Virus record (IMG/VR): IMGVR_UViG_3300020603_000019
Location: 1 to 56,112 of that record
Length of the DNA stretch: 56,112 nt
Direction: 5' to 3' (one strand)
From: a virus
Taxonomy: Duplodnaviria; Caudoviricetes
In this document: positions 1 to 8,026 of the stretch, one piece after another
Numbering within the stretch: the first letter of the stretch is position 1
Layout of the letters: every line of letters starts with the position of its first letter
Made by a program: the position numbers and the translations under genes
Notes under the pieces: model-generated
The model's database searches: none
Told to the model about the DNA's origin: nothing
The model's input: the letters and a program-made list of their open reading frames with translations, nothing else

Positions 1-316
1 TTGTGGCTTCCAAAAACGTAACCTTCATAAAATCTCCGGAAAAGCATTAGTCTTGCTTTTTCTCCTTGATGGTACAGGGATTTTCTTCGTCGAATATTTC
101 CTGTCGATCTATAACGATCGTAGGTTCGGCGACAAAGGCCAGTCGTACATTATACCTATCTACGCGGGATACTTTTACAGTGGCAATGGTTTTGTTGTCG
201 TGATGGATAACGACTGATTGCCCAAGACGTCTTGTTAGAACCAAGCGCGACATTACTTACTGTACTTCCTGTCGTATCCGCCTTCGGCTGCTAGAGGTAA
301 ATCTGGTGCCCAGGGC
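1..316. repeat. Terminal direct repeat, left copy (assembly overlap of a circular/permuted genome)
   Basis: 1-316 matches 55797-56112 except at 7 positions. Both ends cut through genes (primase start, polymerase end), so unit genome is about 55,796 bp. Confidence 0.95.
47..253 (-). CDS. csrA: Carbon storage regulator CsrA/RsmA-like RNA-binding protein
   Basis: LVLTRRLGQSVVI...VKVSRVDRYNVRLAFVAEPTIVIDRQEI matches the CsrA pattern MLiLtRk.gesi.I...Vrlgi.AP..v.i.ReEi. Start overlaps the polymerase stop (TAATG). Confidence 0.85.
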   Translation of the reverse strand: MSRLVLTRRLGQSVVIHHDNKTIATVKVSRVDRYNVRLAFVAEPTIVIDRQEIFDEENPCTIKEKKQD

Positions 317-2082
317 GGAGGTGTGCATAGATCCTTAATGATCAACTTCATTGTAGCATCAGGATCTTTATCCGGTGCTACAATGACGATTTCGTCGTGG
401 ACGGTGAGTGCTATTTGGCCGCCGTCAATGGAGCGGCTTAGCCTAAGTAGGCTGTCGGTAATTACTATTCTGGACAATGCTTGGATAACGTTCTCGGTTA
501 TTCGGCCGCCGTATGTCGCTTCTTGCATCTGATTGCGGGTCTGATAGGTCAGGCCCGTGGGGGACGGTTCGAGGTTGTGGTATTTAAGCGACATCCCATT
601 GGGCAAAACCAACGCCCGGTCTGTAACGGTAAGGATGTCTCTGTATCTAGTTCCATGATTGTCACGATGAAGTGACTGTTTCAGAAGGTTCTCGAGCCGT
701 GCCCAAAGCAGTGTAATCTGGGAGTAAGTAGATCTATAGGTGAACACAATGTTGATTGCGTCTGATTCGGAGATCTGTGTAGTTGGACCTGATGCACCTG
801 ATTCTAATGTCAGCTTAAATTTGTTATGGCCCATGCCATAGCCAAGACCGAGGATTGCGGTCTTGCCTACAAATCGCTCGGTTGGGTTGTCTTTTTTATT
901 AATCGGCTTGTTGTAAATACGACTAGCGAAGTTACTGTATATATCATCACCTATCCTAAACTGCTCAAGCAGCGACGTTTCTCCGGCTAACCAAGCAAGC
1001 ATTCGCGCTTCAATGTTGGACAGGTCAGCAACATAAAGGAAGTGGTCGTCTGGTGCGATTAGGCACTTGCGTAGCTCGCTACCTCGAGGTAGATTCTGCA
1101 GGTTAATCTTTTCGGTACCGCCAAAACGACCGGTATGAGCTGCGTAATAGCGCAGCGGAACACTGATTGTGTTGTCTTCATGGACTGCATCGAGGAACCG
1201 ACGGGACCTCGTTTCGTTGATGCGGGACTTAGCAGCTGCACGGGCGTTCCAAAGGGGCTCGTACTGTGGATACAGCGCTCGTAGTTGTTTCCAGCCCGCG
1301 TCGTTTTTGCCAAATGCTGGGATCTGTTTGCCGGTTGTTGGACTGCGCTTGGTTGGTGGAGTAATGCCAAGCGTAGCCAGATGAGCTACAAACTTATCGT
1401 TGCTGGCAAGAATTTCGCGCGTTGCACCGGAGCTTGTAATCAGATCTTCAGCGCTTTTGGTTTCTTGATCGTAGTACGCGATCAATCGTTCTCGGTCTAT
1501 CTTCAAGACTGGCCGACAGAACATGCGCGTAGTAAGGTCGATGAGATCAAGCTCAGAGTTTGGATAGCCCTCGAGCATCTTGTGATAGATAGCGTGGGTA
1601 AGTTCGACATCCTGTAAACAGTATTTGGCCAGGTCAGATTCAATTTCTGGTGGGAGATCAAACAGGCCTTTGGCTTTGATCAGATCGTCGCCTTTTCGCA
1701 TTGACTCGTCGTTTGGAAAAAGGCGAATGCTGGTGTCTTTCAATGAAGCTTTAAGACCAGGGAAGTAACCGCGTGCCATTGCAGCGGTGTCCAGGTAGTA
1801 CGTCGGTGTAATACCGTAGTGTCTGGCCAAGATATAACCGTCGAAGAGCGTGTTGTGGCACAGCAGCTGAATGTCATTCCAGTCGAATTGCTGCAAGGCG
1901 TCTTCGGCTTCGTCTGCGCTGTACCATTCAGCAGGCTCGTCGTTGACTTTGATGCCAACACCCCAGACTTTAAACATGGGGTGCTTGACATATTCCATTG
2001 TGGTCATTTTAGTAAGGCTGACCTTGGCGTCGTAATAAGTCTCGAAGTCGAGGGTCAGCAGAGTTTTAGCCTTGGTAGTCAT
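253..2082 (-). CDS. polA: DNA polymerase, family A, with 3'-5' exonuclease
   Basis: ExoI DFET, ExoII HNTLFD, ExoIII YCLQD; HTGRFGG; motif A DLSNIEAR; motif B RFVGKTAILGLGYG; motif C TVHDE. Confidence 0.95.
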   Translation of the reverse strand: MTTKAKTLLTLDFETYYDAKVSLTKMTTMEYVKHPMFKVWGVGIKVNDEPAEWYSADEAEDALQQFDWNDIQLLCHNTLFDGYILARHYGITPTYYLDTAAMARGYFPGLKASLKDTSIRLFPNDESMRKGDDLIKAKGLFDLPPEIESDLAKYCLQDVELTHAIYHKMLEGYPNSELDLIDLTTRMFCRPVLKIDRERLIAYYDQETKSAEDLITSSGATREILASNDKFVAHLATLGITPPTKRSPTTGKQIPAFGKNDAGWKQLRALYPQYEPLWNARAAAKSRINETRSRRFLDAVHEDNTISVPLRYYAAHTGRFGGTEKINLQNLPRGSELRKCLIAPDDHFLYVADLSNIEARMLAWLAGETSLLEQFRIGDDIYSNFASRIYNKPINKKDNPTERFVGKTAILGLGYGMGHNKFKLTLESGASGPTTQISESDAINIVFTYRSTYSQITLLWARLENLLKQSLHRDNHGTRYRDILTVTDRALVLPNGMSLKYHNLEPSPTGLTYQTRNQMQEATYGGRITENVIQALSRIVITDSLLRLSRSIDGGQIALTVHDEIVIVAPDKDPDATMKLIIKDLCTPPPWAPDLPLAAEGGYDRKYSK

Positions 2083-2221
2083 GCACCGTGTCTTCTATAA
2101 TGGTTATGATCTGACGTACGTATTCTTCAGAGACTTCGAGCTTTTCGACTATCTCTTGGATTGAATAGCCGGATGAAAGAAGTTCGAGGACTTTGAAATC
2201 GTTGGGCTCAAAAAAGCCCAC
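2066..2221 (-). CDS. Small LuxR/sigma-region-4-like helix-turn-helix protein (51 aa, not in ORF track)
   Basis: Manual translation from GTG: MGFFEPNDFKVLELLSSGYSIQEIVEKLEVSEEYVRQIITIIEDTVHDYQG. Fills the gap between 2221..2439 and polA and overlaps both. Confidence 0.65.
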   Translation of the reverse strand: MGFFEPNDFKVLELLSSGYSIQEIVEKLEVSEEYVRQIITIIEDTVHDYQG

Positions 2222-2439
2222 TATTGATGGGCTCGGAGCACAGCAAGTAGCGCATTGGCGCGACGCATGACTTGCATCTGTGATTTGGTGTAAAGTGAGT
2301 TTACCATTTCGACGCCCATTTTCTGGAGCGTTTTGTCTCTAGAGACTGCGCCCATGGTAATTGTTAAACTGGTTATGTTGATCTTTTCGTTAGTCGTGTG
2401 AGACCTTGGAAAGATATAGGTTTTTTTGATACGTGGCAT
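2221..2439 (-). CDS. Hypothetical protein
   Basis: AAGGAG SD upstream; fits the operon. Confidence 0.65.
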   Translation of the reverse strand: MPRIKKTYIFPRSHTTNEKINITSLTITMGAVSRDKTLQKMGVEMVNSLYTKSQMQVMRRANALLAVLRAHQ

Positions 2440-2490
2440 ATCAAAGACTCCTTCCTGAGTTTTGTAGGTTAATAGTGCTGATGATTAGAT

Positions 2491-3621
2491 TCAAGCAGAC
2501 AAATAAACTGTTTCGCCAAATGGCGCTACAAGGTTTTTGCTGACGGATACCCATAGTGTTGGAGCGCATGCTGCTTCTTCAGCGGACGCAAAGTCTTCTG
2601 CGCCTGTTTCTAAATCAGTAAGATAAACAATAGCTTGTACGTCCGGGTGGTTGTCGCGCAAATATTCAAACGCTGGCGTAAACGCTGTACCGCCACGCCC
2701 TTTGAACGAAGGAAGCTGTGACGCTTTTAAGCGTTCACCCGTATCAAGAACTTTTACGTCTTGGACTTGGGCGTCTGCTTGGATCCAGACAATTGATGAC
2801 GGCTGGACCTGAGCCATGACTGCATCTACTTCAGAGATGAACTGAGCGCCCTGCTCGTCTGTAATGGATCCACTAGAATCGTTGACGACTGCAACTTTGC
2901 CACAGGTCTCTTGGTACATAGACGGAAGATATTCATCTTCTGAAATCCATGCTCGGTGAGGCTTGCGCCACGAATAGTCGTCTCGGTTAAGTTCCGTGAA
3001 AAACGGCCAGAGGACCGTGCGCCAGTCAACCTTGGGTTGGAGTATTTCCGAGATAAAGAGCTCGATGTTACCAGGGAGTTTGCCACGTGCTTTGGCTACA
3101 GCAGCAGCTTCGCCTACGGCGATCTGCCAGTTGGACTCTTGTTCAGCAGCAGAGCCTGCTTCAAGGCTGCCGCTTGTTGCGTCAAGCACGATACCCCAGG
3201 CGCAGGGCTTGGGGCGTTTGCTGGGCTCTTTGTTGATAAGGTTGTAAATTTCTTCCGCGCCCATACCTTTGTAGGCAGGGTCTAAAAGAGCGCCTTTTGG
3301 CAGGATAAATCCTGATTCGATCAGGTGGTCGTTGATTGCGTAATCGCAAGCAATATTCCACAGCTGGTGATCACGTTCTTGTCTACGTGTCTGATGGTTA
3401 AATACACAATGCAGAACCTCGTGAGCCAGGAGCCCACGAAGCTGCATTGGATCTAGCTTAAGAATATAAGCAGGATCGTAGTACAGATGAATACCATCTG
3501 TAGCTGCGGTCTTAATATCTTCACGTTGCACAGGGCGAAGACGAATGGCCAACGTTCCGAAGAACGGCTGGTCCATTAACAGCTGCGAACGCGCTTTGAC
3601 TAGCGCGCCTTCGGCAGACAT
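2491..3621 (-). CDS. DUF2201-type metallopeptidase plus VWA domain protein
   Basis: TAATDG, HEVLH (HExxH), WNIACDYAIN, C-terminal MIDAS DSSGS, GRGGTAF, YLTD. Confidence 0.9.
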   Translation of the reverse strand: MSAEGALVKARSQLLMDQPFFGTLAIRLRPVQREDIKTAATDGIHLYYDPAYILKLDPMQLRGLLAHEVLHCVFNHQTRRQERDHQLWNIACDYAINDHLIESGFILPKGALLDPAYKGMGAEEIYNLINKEPSKRPKPCAWGIVLDATSGSLEAGSAAEQESNWQIAVGEAAAVAKARGKLPGNIELFISEILQPKVDWRTVLWPFFTELNRDDYSWRKPHRAWISEDEYLPSMYQETCGKVAVVNDSSGSITDEQGAQFISEVDAVMAQVQPSSIVWIQADAQVQDVKVLDTGERLKASQLPSFKGRGGTAFTPAFEYLRDNHPDVQAIVYLTDLETGAEDFASAEEAACAPTLWVSVSKNLVAPFGETVYLSA

Positions 3622-3622
3622 A

Positions 3623-4300
3623 TCAACCTCCTACGAGTTTTGCTGTGAGTACTACTTCGTTGACAAATGCGTCGTCGAACTGAACTTCTTCCTTGATTTG
3701 TTGTGCGCGCGCAACACGGGTGATGCGCTCGTACATGCGAGTCTTGGCTTCGTGAGGAACGAAAGACTCACCAGCAGGCCAGGCAAGTAGCAGCTGCTTT
3801 ACTGTCGAACATTGCTTGAGCAAGCTTCGAATCTTGGTGGAGTAGTCTGCTCTTTCGATGCTGTGCTGATGCTTGTCGAGTGCTGCTTGTTTGCAGCCAT
3901 TTAACAGTTGAGACTGAACTTGTGGCCCAAGTTCGTCAAAGTTGAACTCGGGCATGCTCCAGCTGTTTGTCCTATAAATAGGAAAAGCTGGAACAAACTC
4001 GAATACGAGTTGTTCGGTGGTATTTGAGTGGAATCCTGTTTTGCTGCTGAGACACAAACGGGCGCAGTCTTCCCTATTGATTCCTTTTGTTGGTCCGCCA
4101 AACGAATTAAAAGAGTACCTGTGTTGTCGATCAAATTGATCTTTTAACGCTTTGTACGGTTCCGAAGATAATACAGCATCTCTAACAAGATTAGTAAGCT
4201 CTGTAGTTGGCTTAGGTTCGGGCCGCGCCGAATTAAAAGCTTCCATAGCTTTGTTATAAATTGTGTCACGTAAGTCATTGGTCATTCTTACTGAAGCCAT
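3623..4300 (-). CDS. Nmad5-like (nucleotide-modification-associated domain 5) protein
   Basis: N-terminal RMTNDLRDTI and C-terminal LLKQCSTVKQLLLAWP resemble Nmad5-family phage proteins (recalled pattern). Confidence 0.55.
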   Translation of the reverse strand: MASVRMTNDLRDTIYNKAMEAFNSARPEPKPTTELTNLVRDAVLSSEPYKALKDQFDRQHRYSFNSFGGPTKGINREDCARLCLSSKTGFHSNTTEQLVFEFVPAFPIYRTNSWSMPEFNFDELGPQVQSQLLNGCKQAALDKHQHSIERADYSTKIRSLLKQCSTVKQLLLAWPAGESFVPHEAKTRMYERITRVARAQQIKEEVQFDDAFVNEVVLTAKLVGG

Positions 4301-4311
4301 AGGGTTCTCCG

Positions 4312-5310
4312 TTAGATAACAACGTCTACGTTAGCAGACGTCCATGATTTAAACGCCGGGTGATTCAGGAGCTGACGCTCTTTTGCGACGCAGTCGCGAA
4401 TCAATACAACTTGGAACTCACGAGGCATGCGTCGGTTGTAACGCATGATGGCGTCGAAGTTACCTTGATCGACCCTCGATGCCAGTGCGCCAGCAATGGC
4501 GTAAAGCGTCGAAGGATCTCCGGGTACGCGTGTGGTTGATGGGTTCTGCATGAGATCGTCGATGTCCGGCAGATCCTTGCGGATTGCACGATGTGCGAGG
4601 TACTCGCCTGCAGGGCCGTCGCCGATCAAAGACGAAACGCCGTAGAACATGTCTTCCATGAACGGCAGTTTGCGGTTGACCATCTCCCAGGTACGGGGCG
4701 ACGGAAACGCGTAGTCCGCGTTATCCATGCTGTGCAGGAGACCAGGGCGGTAACGCAAGAACGACACGATGCTGTCGTCAATGTTGCGTTGTAAAGCCCA
4801 GGCTACCCAGTCGTCGATGTTCGGCTCGAGAGTGTAGTGCGCAAACCGGTTCTTGACCGGGGTTGGCATTTCGTGGATCGCGGCTCGATCCTGGGCTCGG
4901 TTGCCAGCTGCTACGATGATGGTGTTTTCCGGAAGGACGTACGTGCCAATCTTGCGATCAAGAGTTAATTGCAGCAGTGCGTTCTGTGTGGCTTTTGGAG
5001 CATTGGGCAACTCGTCAATAAGCAGCACTACCGTGCCGGTGTAGTTGGTTTCCGGATAATCCTCGGGCACACCGTATCTTGTGCGGTATGAACCGTCGGC
5101 TTGCTCAACTACCTTGAGGCCGCCGCGAACGTCGACAGGGTCAAACAGGTTGGCACGAAGCTCAAAGACTTTGGCTAAAAGATCTTCAGCAAACTGATAA
5201 ACAATTTGCGATTTACCCAGACCTGGAGGACCCCAGATCATGGTTGGCACGCGAGCAAGCGCGTTGGCACGGAGTTCTGACTTGAGTTGAGAGGGACGAA
5301 TAGTACGCAT
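4312..5310 (-). CDS. MoxR-like AAA+ ATPase
   Basis: Walker A GPPGLGKS, Walker B LLIDE, sensor AAGN, NRF arginine finger, PSPRTWE. Paired with a VWA protein. Confidence 0.92.
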   Translation of the reverse strand: MRTIRPSQLKSELRANALARVPTMIWGPPGLGKSQIVYQFAEDLLAKVFELRANLFDPVDVRGGLKVVEQADGSYRTRYGVPEDYPETNYTGTVVLLIDELPNAPKATQNALLQLTLDRKIGTYVLPENTIIVAAGNRAQDRAAIHEMPTPVKNRFAHYTLEPNIDDWVAWALQRNIDDSIVSFLRYRPGLLHSMDNADYAFPSPRTWEMVNRKLPFMEDMFYGVSSLIGDGPAGEYLAHRAIRKDLPDIDDLMQNPSTTRVPGDPSTLYAIAGALASRVDQGNFDAIMRYNRRMPREFQVVLIRDCVAKERQLLNHPAFKSWTSANVDVVI

Positions 5311-5329
5311 TAGTTGGTCCTTTGTTGTG

Positions 5330-5548
5330 AATTAGGGTGCTTCCCCTGTGCGGCGGTAACTTTGCATCCGCTTCACGGCCACAGGAGACTGTCGTGTTGC
5401 CAACGCCCGGTTGGTTAGCCGGTAAGCATTACTGCCTAGGCATCATTGGCTATCCGTATTGCTACGGGTAAGCTGTTGCCGAACCACCCGCGCCTATCAT
5501 GGCGCTTCTCATCGTCCGGGTCAGACTAGCTGCTGATTAGGCGGCACG
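5330..5548 (-). ncRNA. Putative structured RNA / leader upstream of the AAA ATPase
   Basis: ORF-free, GC-rich gap with nested helices UGCCG/CGGCA, ACCCG/CGGGU, GCGCC/GGCGC, CCGUA-GCAA-UACGG, GCCAAUG/CGUUGGC, GCA-GUAA-UGC, UCUCCUGUG/CACAGGGGA. Confidence 0.6.
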
Positions 5549-5851
5549 TTATTTCTTGATGTCGATTACTTCGACCCAAGCAAATTTGCGGTACGGGAAA
5601 CTGCGTGTGCGAACCCAACGTAGTTCCTCGTGTTTGACGTGTCGTTTTGCAATGAACAGGAATATTGAGATGAAGGCACCGGCCCAAAGGCCTGCCATCA
5701 TGCCAGCGAAAGTGCCGGCGAATATCCAGATGAAAAAGAACGTCAGGCAGATGTCAAGAAAAATGTCGTGTTTAGCGATGCGTTTAAGGTTGAGCTTTAG
5801 TAATAGAAATATTATTGCGATGGCGGCTAGTGCGCCTTCTAATATGCCCAT
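5549..5851 (-). CDS. Hypothetical membrane protein (2-3 TM)
   Basis: Three hydrophobic segments and a basic C-terminus. Confidence 0.75.
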   Translation of the reverse strand: MGILEGALAAIAIIFLLLKLNLKRIAKHDIFLDICLTFFFIWIFAGTFAGMMAGLWAGAFISIFLFIAKRHVKHEELRWVRTRSFPYRKFAWVEVIDIKK

Positions 5852-5876
5852 AGTTAGTTAGATCCTGTAGGGTTCT

Positions 5877-6143
5877 TTAATTGTTAATAGAATTGCTTAT
5901 GAAAGCAAATTCGTTCAAAAGAGCAATCCCAGCTATCTGATAGAGAAGTGAGTTTGAATAGCTTATGTACATGCCGTCACTGTTGTCGACGGTAAGTTCA
6001 TCCTTCTCAAAGTCAATTAGTACGTCATGGTTTTTGTGTTTGTTTTTGCGCCAGAGTATTTTAGATCCGTCGAACTCTGGTTCTACAGATAAAGCACGGG
6101 TAATGTCAATGATTATTTTAGTTTCCTTTTCTGAATATTCCAT
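5877..6143 (-). CDS. Hypothetical protein
   Basis: AGGA SD; AT-rich early region. Confidence 0.6.
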   Translation of the reverse strand: MEYSEKETKIIIDITRALSVEPEFDGSKILWRKNKHKNHDVLIDFEKDELTVDNSDGMYISYSNSLLYQIAGIALLNEFAFISNSINN

Positions 6144-6164
6144 TGATGTGTCCTATATGGATAA

Positions 6165-6359
6165 TTACCAGTAATCTCGGTGGCCTCGACTGGCACGCCA
6201 GTTTGGCGGTGGAACCCAGCGCCAATCGTAAGGTGTGTAAAACATTACGTTTATTAAGCGCCAGTACCAAGATTTATTAAGGTTTTTTGTGATTGATGTC
6301 TGTACCATCAAGCCAGATCTCGCAAGCATTTCCTGTGACGGCGTCGTTCCCACGTTCAT
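6165..6359 (-). CDS. Hypothetical protein
   Basis: ORF in the tightly packed minus-strand run; start uncertain. Confidence 0.45.
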   Translation of the reverse strand: MNVGTTPSQEMLARSGLMVQTSITKNLNKSWYWRLINVMFYTPYDWRWVPPPNWRASRGHRDYW

Positions 6360-6486
6360 AGTTGAAACGCTCCCGTTTTGTATAGATATGCCATTCTTTA
6401 CCTGTCATACGTAGTTGGACGTTTTTGCGGTAGTCCCAGCCGAAGTACTTAGTTTTCGGCTTGAGTGTTGTGGAAGATTTGTTCAT
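6277..6486 (-). CDS. Hypothetical protein
   Basis: ORF in the minus-strand run. Confidence 0.6.
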   Translation of the reverse strand: MNKSSTTLKPKTKYFGWDYRKNVQLRMTGKEWHIYTKRERFNYERGNDAVTGNACEIWLDGTDINHKKP

Positions 6487-6718
6487 CGCCTAAGTCTTCT
6501 CGTTTTGGGAATTCGTTTTCGGTGAGAAACGGTTTTGTGGCAGCAGCACGAACTCGTTCGATGAACATTTCGATTTCGTCAGCTGAGTCAAATACAAGAT
6601 GGGGGCGAGCGTATCCTTCAGGGTTTTCGTTTGAGTCGTAAAAGACTTCACTTAGTTCGATATAACTATCGTTAGTAAACGGGTCTTCGAAATGAATAAA
6701 GCGAAGGTTCCAAACCAT
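6449..6718 (-). CDS. Hypothetical protein
   Basis: GGAG SD; WNLR...EVFYD pattern common in small phage proteins. Confidence 0.7.
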   Translation of the reverse strand: MVWNLRFIHFEDPFTNDSYIELSEVFYDSNENPEGYARPHLVFDSADEIEMFIERVRAAATKPFLTENEFPKREDLGDEQIFHNTQAEN

Positions 6719-6720
6719 AG

Positions 6721-6954
6721 TCAGATCTCCTCTGCTTGTTGTTGGCTGATTAAATACCCAAGAGTGATGTCAAGTTCGCTGTAGCTATCGACACGAAGTA
6801 CGGTAGTTTCCCATTTGGCGGATGGGTAAATTCTTTCGCAGTATCGTTTAGTTCTTTCGGCAGACGTTACGTCTGTGAATCCCCATTCGAATATTTCTGA
6901 GTATTCTCCAGGATCAAACTCTTTAGTTCCTTTAACAAGCCAAATGATGCTCAT
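6721..6954 (-). CDS. Hypothetical protein
   Basis: ATGA overlap with the upstream gene; AGGAGG SD. Confidence 0.7.
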   Translation of the reverse strand: MSIIWLVKGTKEFDPGEYSEIFEWGFTDVTSAERTKRYCERIYPSAKWETTVLRVDSYSELDITLGYLISQQQAEEI

Positions 6955-7157
6955 CGGTGAAAGCCTCCTTTATTATTGAAGCCTTTGATTTCTTCCCGGT
7001 TAGCTGGGACCATGTAGTTGCTTTTATGTAATGGCAGTATGGTGTGTTTGACTCTGCGAGCAGACGCTTCGCCGCACTGTAGACAGAGCTCGTAGCCGAG
7101 CGCTTTTCGTGCGTCGGGCACGCTGCGTTCTTGGCACTCAACGCATAGAGTGCTCAT
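6951..7157 (-). CDS. TraR/DksA-like C4 zinc-finger protein
   Basis: CVEC...VPDARKALGYELCLQC matches CxxC-(I/V)PxxR-CxxC. Confidence 0.6.
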   Translation of the reverse strand: MSTLCVECQERSVPDARKALGYELCLQCGEASARRVKHTILPLHKSNYMVPANREEIKGFNNKGGFHR

Positions 7158-7159
7158 GA

Positions 7160-7417
7160 TTAGTGAACGTTGGACTTAAATTCGTTTTCAATGTCTCGTG
7201 ATGTTCGTTTCATGAAGTCCCCTAGTCCGTCGATTAAATGATCTATTTCTTCTTGGGTGATTTGGTTATTAGTTGATGCTCGCACTGAACCAAGCACGTA
7301 CGCTATTGCTAGCGTAAAGTTCTTGAGAAAATTGTCGAGTTTCTCTGGGTTGAAGCCATCTGAAACTAAGTTTTCAATGGCTGCTTTGACATGTTTTTCA
7401 AGACTCATACGGGCCAC
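7160..7417 (-). CDS. Hypothetical protein
   Basis: Coupled ORF in the operon. Confidence 0.65.
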   Translation of the reverse strand: MARMSLEKHVKAAIENLVSDGFNPEKLDNFLKNFTLAIAYVLGSVRASTNNQITQEEIDHLIDGLGDFMKRTSRDIENEFKSNVH

Positions 7418-7830
7418 ACGTAGGGTAAGTTTGATGGTTCGATCCAGTTGTAGCGAGCGTAATACACAGGGTCTTTGCGCAATAGGTTGCTGCGATGAGA
7501 CGCGTGCAATGCGTCTTCGCCTAGCCAGGCGGGCGGTGCGTCATTGCGTCCATCGGAGCTGTACTGATCTGCTGCGTCTTCGAAAAACAGCAGCAGTGAG
7601 TCGTTATACCCACGAGATATCCATTCACGGCACATGGCAGCTCCATAGCGACATAGCTCTATTTCGTGGTTGCGCCACATGTTGGTAGCTGGGTGATTGC
7701 GCCATCCGCCGGTGGTCTTTGGCATAGCAAGCAGTATTTGTTTGCACTCTACCCGCTGCTTTCCAAGGCGTTGGCGGTCTAGGATTAGTGCTGATTGGGC
7801 GTAGTTGGGATACGGTAAAAAAGTTTGCAT
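7405..7830 (-). CDS. Pyrimidine-dimer DNA glycosylase-like protein (MSMEG_6728/DenV-like)
   Basis: MQTFLPY, LDRQRLGKQRVE, GWRNHPATNMW, EWISRGY, SHRSNLLRKDP, YVWP signature. Confidence 0.85.
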   Translation of the reverse strand: MQTFLPYPNYAQSALILDRQRLGKQRVECKQILLAMPKTTGGWRNHPATNMWRNHEIELCRYGAAMCREWISRGYNDSLLLFFEDAADQYSSDGRNDAPPAWLGEDALHASHRSNLLRKDPVYYARYNWIEPSNLPYVWPV

Positions 7831-7852
7831 AAACTAAAGGACGTTTACATGT

Positions 7853-8026
7853 TTAAGTAGTAATAACGCCTAAGACATAACCGGCCAAAGTGCAGGTTAT
7901 GCATATTAAAATTTCAAAAACCATAAAGTTGGGGTCTGGTGAAAGTTGCTGTTTGAGTTCTTCTTCTAGTTGTTTGATTTGGTATTTAAGTTTTCCTACA
8001 TCGTATTCAGTATAGAAGAAAGACAT
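7853..8026 (-). CDS. Small tail-anchored membrane protein (57 aa, not in ORF track)
   Basis: MSFFYTEYDVGKLKYQIKQLEEELKQQLSPDPNFMVFEILICITCTLAGYVLGVITT. TAATG-coupled to the upstream gene. Confidence 0.6.
   Translation of the reverse strand: MSFFYTEYDVGKLKYQIKQLEEELKQQLSPDPNFMVFEILICITCTLAGYVLGVITT

Noticed and set aside
1-316. True phage direct terminal repeat
   Set aside because: It cuts through coding genes in the replication module and the copies differ; better explained as assembly overlap.
5330-5548. tRNA, tmRNA or hammerhead ribozyme
   Set aside because: No cloverleaf with T-loop and CCA, and no CUGANGA...GAAA core.
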